This document shows, one piece after another, positions 59,231-64,000 of a stretch of 64,000 bases of DNA. Origin of the DNA: the human T2T-CHM13v2.0 reference genome, Homo sapiens. The stretch is from assembly GCF_009914755.1 (NCBI RefSeq), contig NC_060925.1; one strand, 5' to 3'. The translations under genes were made by a program, and so were the position numbers. Under the pieces are notes generated by a model, which had not been told where the DNA came from, did no database searches, and saw only the letters and a list, made by a program, of their open reading frames with translations. The first letter of the stretch is position 1. Each line of letters begins with the position of its first letter.

Positions 59231-60014
59231 GAGCTAACTATGCAGATTAATTCCTTATGTCTTATGAGATGAAATGTATACGTGGTTCTGGCAATTATGA
59301 TAAAACATTCATAGTAAGTGCATGCATTGAAAATACAAAATGACCATACTGATATATCATAATAAAAAGACAATGAGTTAGGGTCTATCAGCCATGCAAA
59401 ATTAAAAGAATCCATCATTTTGGGAAAGCTACTAAGTTCTGATAATTAACACCAACTGACAGAAATTTAAAAATTCATGTCTTAACAAGTAAATCTTCAC
59501 TTTAGAAATGGCCTCTATCTAATGATCAGTAGTTCATTTGAATCACTTATACTAAGCAAACAGGTTATATGTCCCAACTGGATCCTAAAACCCGGTATGA
59601 TTACTCTTTGGGAAGGAATCAAAATGCTTCAGAAATCCTAAGAAAATAGCAATATAAATAAAGCAATAACTCTGGAAGGTATGAAAATAGTAAACAAATT
59701 ATATCTGTGGTGTTGACAATTTATATCCATTAAGTATACTGAACAAAGTTGAGATTTTTATGTTTTGATCTGTGTATATTTGTTTACTGTTTAAAGGAAA
59801 GTGAAGAATCAGCCATAATAATAGCAGTTTAAATTATTTAAATAAATTTATTGTGTAAAGTTTGTAGTTACCATTTAAATTATTGAGCCAACCTGGTTTT
59901 CAGAATTTGCTTAAGAGAAATGTGAATTCAATACATTAAGCATTAAGCAAAGTACAAATGATAGTGAATACATCTTCCCACGTATATAAGCTCCTCACAA
60001 CTAAAGAACTGATA

Positions 60015-60425
60015 ATATTACAGGGGTGCACTGCCCAGATCCTCTCTTCTGGAGCGAAATACCTATTCTCGCAGCTGCTGGGAGTGTTGTCTGATGGTTC
60101 ATAGCTAGTCCCTGTGCAGAAGGCAGTTGTCTTATCCAAGGTTAACACCCCTTCTTGGGGACACCCTGCATCCAGTGGTTGATGTGAGACACAAAGGCCC
60201 AGATCTCAATATAGGACAACTCTGAAGGGCCATCCCAGCTCCAGAGCTTCTTATAGGATCATATGAGACCTCTGTTACAACAGCCTTACAGTGAAATTTC
60301 TTCCTCTGCCTGATTTACTTTCCCCACCTTGTTACAAGTGTTGTTCCAGAGGATACACCCTGGTAGGTCTAGGGCATGAAAACCTCTGTTCAGAATCTCT
60401 TTTCCAGGGAACTCTACCTAAGACA
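60015..60425 (+). mobile_element. LTR16-like (ERVL) solo LTR
   Basis: CCCAGATCC...CAGCTGCTGGGAGTGTTG...GGACAACTCTGAAGGGCCATCCCAGCTCCAGAGCT...CCAGGGAAC..ACCTAAGACA. Confidence 0.78.
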
Positions 60426-60789
60426 GGGGTAATTTTGTTTGTATTTCCATAAGCATTCATTAAATTGATGACCATATGACAATTTTTGAATTGTTGGGAT
60501 TGGTATTGGAGATACAAAGACATATTTCCTGACCTAAGTTTGCAACTTATATGGGCATGCAGGGTAGATACATAAAACGCTAATTGACAACACACATTCA
60601 GCACTGGCCAAATGCGTGGAAGCCAAGAGTATATATTATAGGAATCCAGAAAAAAGGATAGGCCTGTCTTCTTGGGCTGAAATGCAAAAGATAGGCAGGA
60701 TTGAAATAAATGAAAAGGCATGGTATTATTTATGGTGCAATACAGTTTGTTCTTAACTCTTTTGTAACATTTGTCTTATTGTACCACAA

Positions 60790-61200
60790 TTTGTTAACAT
60801 GCCTCTTTCTCGAACTTGATTTTGAGCTTCCCATTGATGGGTTCATATTTCATTCATCTATGAACCCCTAGAAAGTAGAATGTTTATTAATTCAATTAGT
60901 ACTTGTTTAGCACTGATCAGTCAGACAGTGTGCCAGGCACTGGACACTAGAGTATGAATGAGGTATTGTCCTGGCCCTCAAGCAGGTGACAGCCCAGAGA
61001 GGAAGGTAATCAGTAGACATTTTAACAGACAACTTAAATATGTTGTGATGAGTAATATTTGTTAAGTAGATATTTATTGTCAGGTGCCATTTAAGTGCCA
61101 GGTTATGATGGCATAACCAACAAAATGCTCTGGGACTCTCAACTCACGTGGAGAAGAGCATATTGTTTAAGGAGGGCTTCCTGGAACAGGTGATGTTCGT
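60790..61200. mobile_element. L2 fragments
   Basis: TGTGCCAGGCACTGG...TCCTGGCCCTCAAG; AGGAGGGCTTCCTGGA. Confidence 0.55.
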
Positions 61201-61358
61201 ATGTGGCTTTGGGTGAGGGAATTCTTTTTTTGTGTGGGAATTTCTCTGAGAAAAACTCAGTTGCCAAGGTTCATAGCAGCTGGTGGAACAAACGCCTCAG
61301 CCCTGCAGGTGGATCTGGGCTGCACGCAATGGTATCTATCTTGGTGATCTGGGTAGAG

Positions 61359-61541
61359 CAGGCACTTTCAAACCTGAGGTGCATCAGAACCACCTGGAGG
61401 GCATATTAAAACAGATTCCTGGCCCCACCCTCAGCTTTTCTGATTAATAGGTCTGGAGAGGTGTCTCAAATCTGCATATCTAATAAGTTCCCAGGTGATA
61501 GTGATACTGCAGATTCTGGATCTGCACTTTAAAAACCACTA
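61359..61541. mobile_element. MER5A
   Basis: GTGCATCAGAACCACCTGGAGGG..TTAAAACAGATT...TAAGTTCCCAGGTGAT...CACTTTAAAAACCACT. Confidence 0.85.
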
Positions 61542-61849
61542 ATATAGAGAAGGCTGTATTTGGAATGTCGCTTCAGGGCATGCATTATGAGTAGATAACA
61601 TTTCAATACTGTATACTAAATAAATGAACTAGTATCACCAAGTTGAAGGATTCTACTTCCAGTTGAGGGAGAAAGCACATCATTACAACACAATGTGGCA
61701 AGTGCTATACAGAAATTAGAACAAAGTATTTGCAGGGCTGGAAAAGGAAAGGACTGATTTTTTCTTAGTACCTCATAAGAATCTTGACACAAAGTAAGTG
61801 GTGAGCTGTCTCACCTTTGGGCTGAACGAACTAATTGGGAGTAAACTAT

Positions 61850-61975
61850 TTGTTATCTTTTCATCTTAGTTTTCCCATGAGTAAAATGGGAATATTAATA
61901 GCTGTATCAAAGGGTTGTTGTTAGGATTAAGATAATGCATGTGAAAGTACTTTATAAAATAAAGTAATATTGTAC
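61850..61975 (+). mobile_element. MIR
   Basis: CTTAGTTTTCCCATGAGTAAAATGGGAATATTAATAG...AGGGTTGTTGTTAGGATTAA. Confidence 0.7.
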
Positions 61976-64000
61976 ATTTTCATTTTTATCCTTTCCTTGA
62001 TTATTTTCCCGGAGTTCTTTGCTTGCTTGCTTATTTGTTTGTTCTAAGTATGTATGACGGCCTTGTTGCAGAAAAATCTGATACTTTCCTGGGCTTTTAC
62101 ATGTTTTCTTTTGTTTTACTGGTATTGCACAAGGAAATTAGAAACCACTGTTAGGAGTGTAACTTAAATGAGAAGAATTAATAACAGGTTTTCTTTCTCA
62201 CATAAATTTTGCTTCTATTATAAGAAGTTGGCTAAGTTACAAATTATTTAATGAGAGACATGAATATTAATTATCCAAGTGATACAAAAGTAAATGTACA
62301 TTTTGTTAGAACTTTAATTTGTGAATTTAAATTTCATCCCTGACTGGAACTTTAAAAAAATAACAAATTTAATCTCTTTAGCCACACGATGGTAGTGTTG
62401 CTTCTCTTGTTAAGACACAAAAATAGATTTCAGATGTCAGTTAAAATTGTAAAAAAATTATATTTCTCCAAGGAGACCTAACAATAAAACATTAGTTTCA
62501 TAAAGAAAAAAGACTCCCACACATTTATGTTATTTTTAAAGAGCAGGAAACATCGATGCCAGTGTTTCCTGAGGAGAATTGCCATTTCTTCTTTAGGAAA
62601 CAGATCTTTGCTCGTCAGGAACATTGTCATCATCCCTGTTCTAGGGGAATCTTGTTTTGGGCATTGTCTTTCTAATTACTGTCCCTTTTAATTGGGTTGA
62701 CCAACATAATTTGTTTCTCTGTAAGTTGATGTAGATATTTATATTGAAGAAAAGAAATTTTAAATGACACTTAGATTGATTGTCTTCCACACAATCTTTC
62801 ATAGCAGATTTAGGATTAGAAGTCAACTTGGAATTTGTTTAGTGTGACCCTCTATTTGCATGCAGACATTACTTCTGCATCATCCAGAACAGATGGTCAT
62901 CTAGTTTCTCAAGTGTGTCTAAGGATCCCTTCAAAGCAGCTTCTTATAGGACCCCTAGAAAAAGAGCTTGTTTGCTTTTATATTCAGCATAATGTGGAAG
63001 CTATGAAGCTTCTGTTTGCTTGAATTCAAACCATTTCATTTGTCTGGAGGCGACCATCTTGTTGAGAGAATGAGTCATAGGATAAAATTATGAAATGTAG
63101 TTTGTCTGCTGAATACTGTAGTCAGTCACAATCTGTCCCACAGATCAAAAAAATGTTGAAGAAATATAGCAAGCTACATTTTGTACTCTAAGAAATGTGG
63201 GTTTAACAAGTCAGTACTTATTTATTTTCCTCATGACCACCATGGACTTACTGAAATACTTAGACAACTAGGATTTCTAGTTACTTTGTTCCCAGAAGTG
63301 CAGTTTTCCATAATAGTTTTATAATGAATAGGTTTAGTAGAGGGAGGAAATAAAGCTCTTTGCCATTTGTCAAATGGTGTGGTAGTGACTTCAGAAGGCA
63401 GGCTTTTCTTGGCAGGGCCTTGGCTCCATGCTCCACGCAGTTATTTTCTCAGGGGACACTTCTCTTCTCATCCAGTTAAGATGGTAAAAGAGGTTTGTGG
63501 AAAGATTTAGACTGAGCTTACAGGAGTCTGAATATCAGTGTAGTCACCATGGGTCCAGAATACATTCCTAAGCTTTGTAGATTTAGAAATGGCCTCTTAT
63601 CAGTTCAGCTAGAACTGATTATGCTCTGGGGGAACCTACTACAATAACTGGTCTCAGAAGAGAAGTAGATATAAACCTGAATGCTTCCTTATTACATTCC
63701 CCATGGGAAATTTGCCTGGCAGGTAGTCTACACTGGTCATTGCTCAAGCTGTGGCATTTTAGTGGGCATTAAAATGTCAGCTCCTTGAGAAGCACTATTC
63801 CAGGTATGGAGGGGAATAATAACCTCATTGTATATGCTGTTTCTGCAGATGGTTAAGTGCTCCCATTTTATATTCATTTTTGCTGGTTATGATTTCAGAT
63901 AGTGATATTTCTGACTTTGATCCCAAGTTCTTATTTGGGTCCTGAAGCCACCATGACATGACAATTGTATAGACTTTTATGACTGTAAATTTTGTGTTGT

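Overview
AT-rich, CpG-depleted primate (human-like) nuclear DNA with no intact protein-coding gene, RNA gene, CpG island or CRISPR array that I can support. Most of the window is layered transposon debris: ERV1/MER4-group internal sequence, Alus, a full-length old L1PA, partial L1s, a complete THE1 provirus, several solo LTRs, DNA-transposon MITEs, MIR and L2. The only gene-derived feature is a decayed processed thioredoxin (TXN) pseudogene on the minus strand, split at its stop codon by an AluJ. Nearly all ORFs in the track are repeat fragments or chance ORFs. The most interesting structures are two well-supported, TSD-bounded L1 3' transductions (2531-2995 and 35377-36045), a weaker third candidate, and several multi-layer nested insertions. 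I found no evidence of a new biological system. Repeat subfamily names come from my recollection of consensus sequences and need RepeatMasker/Dfam confirmation.
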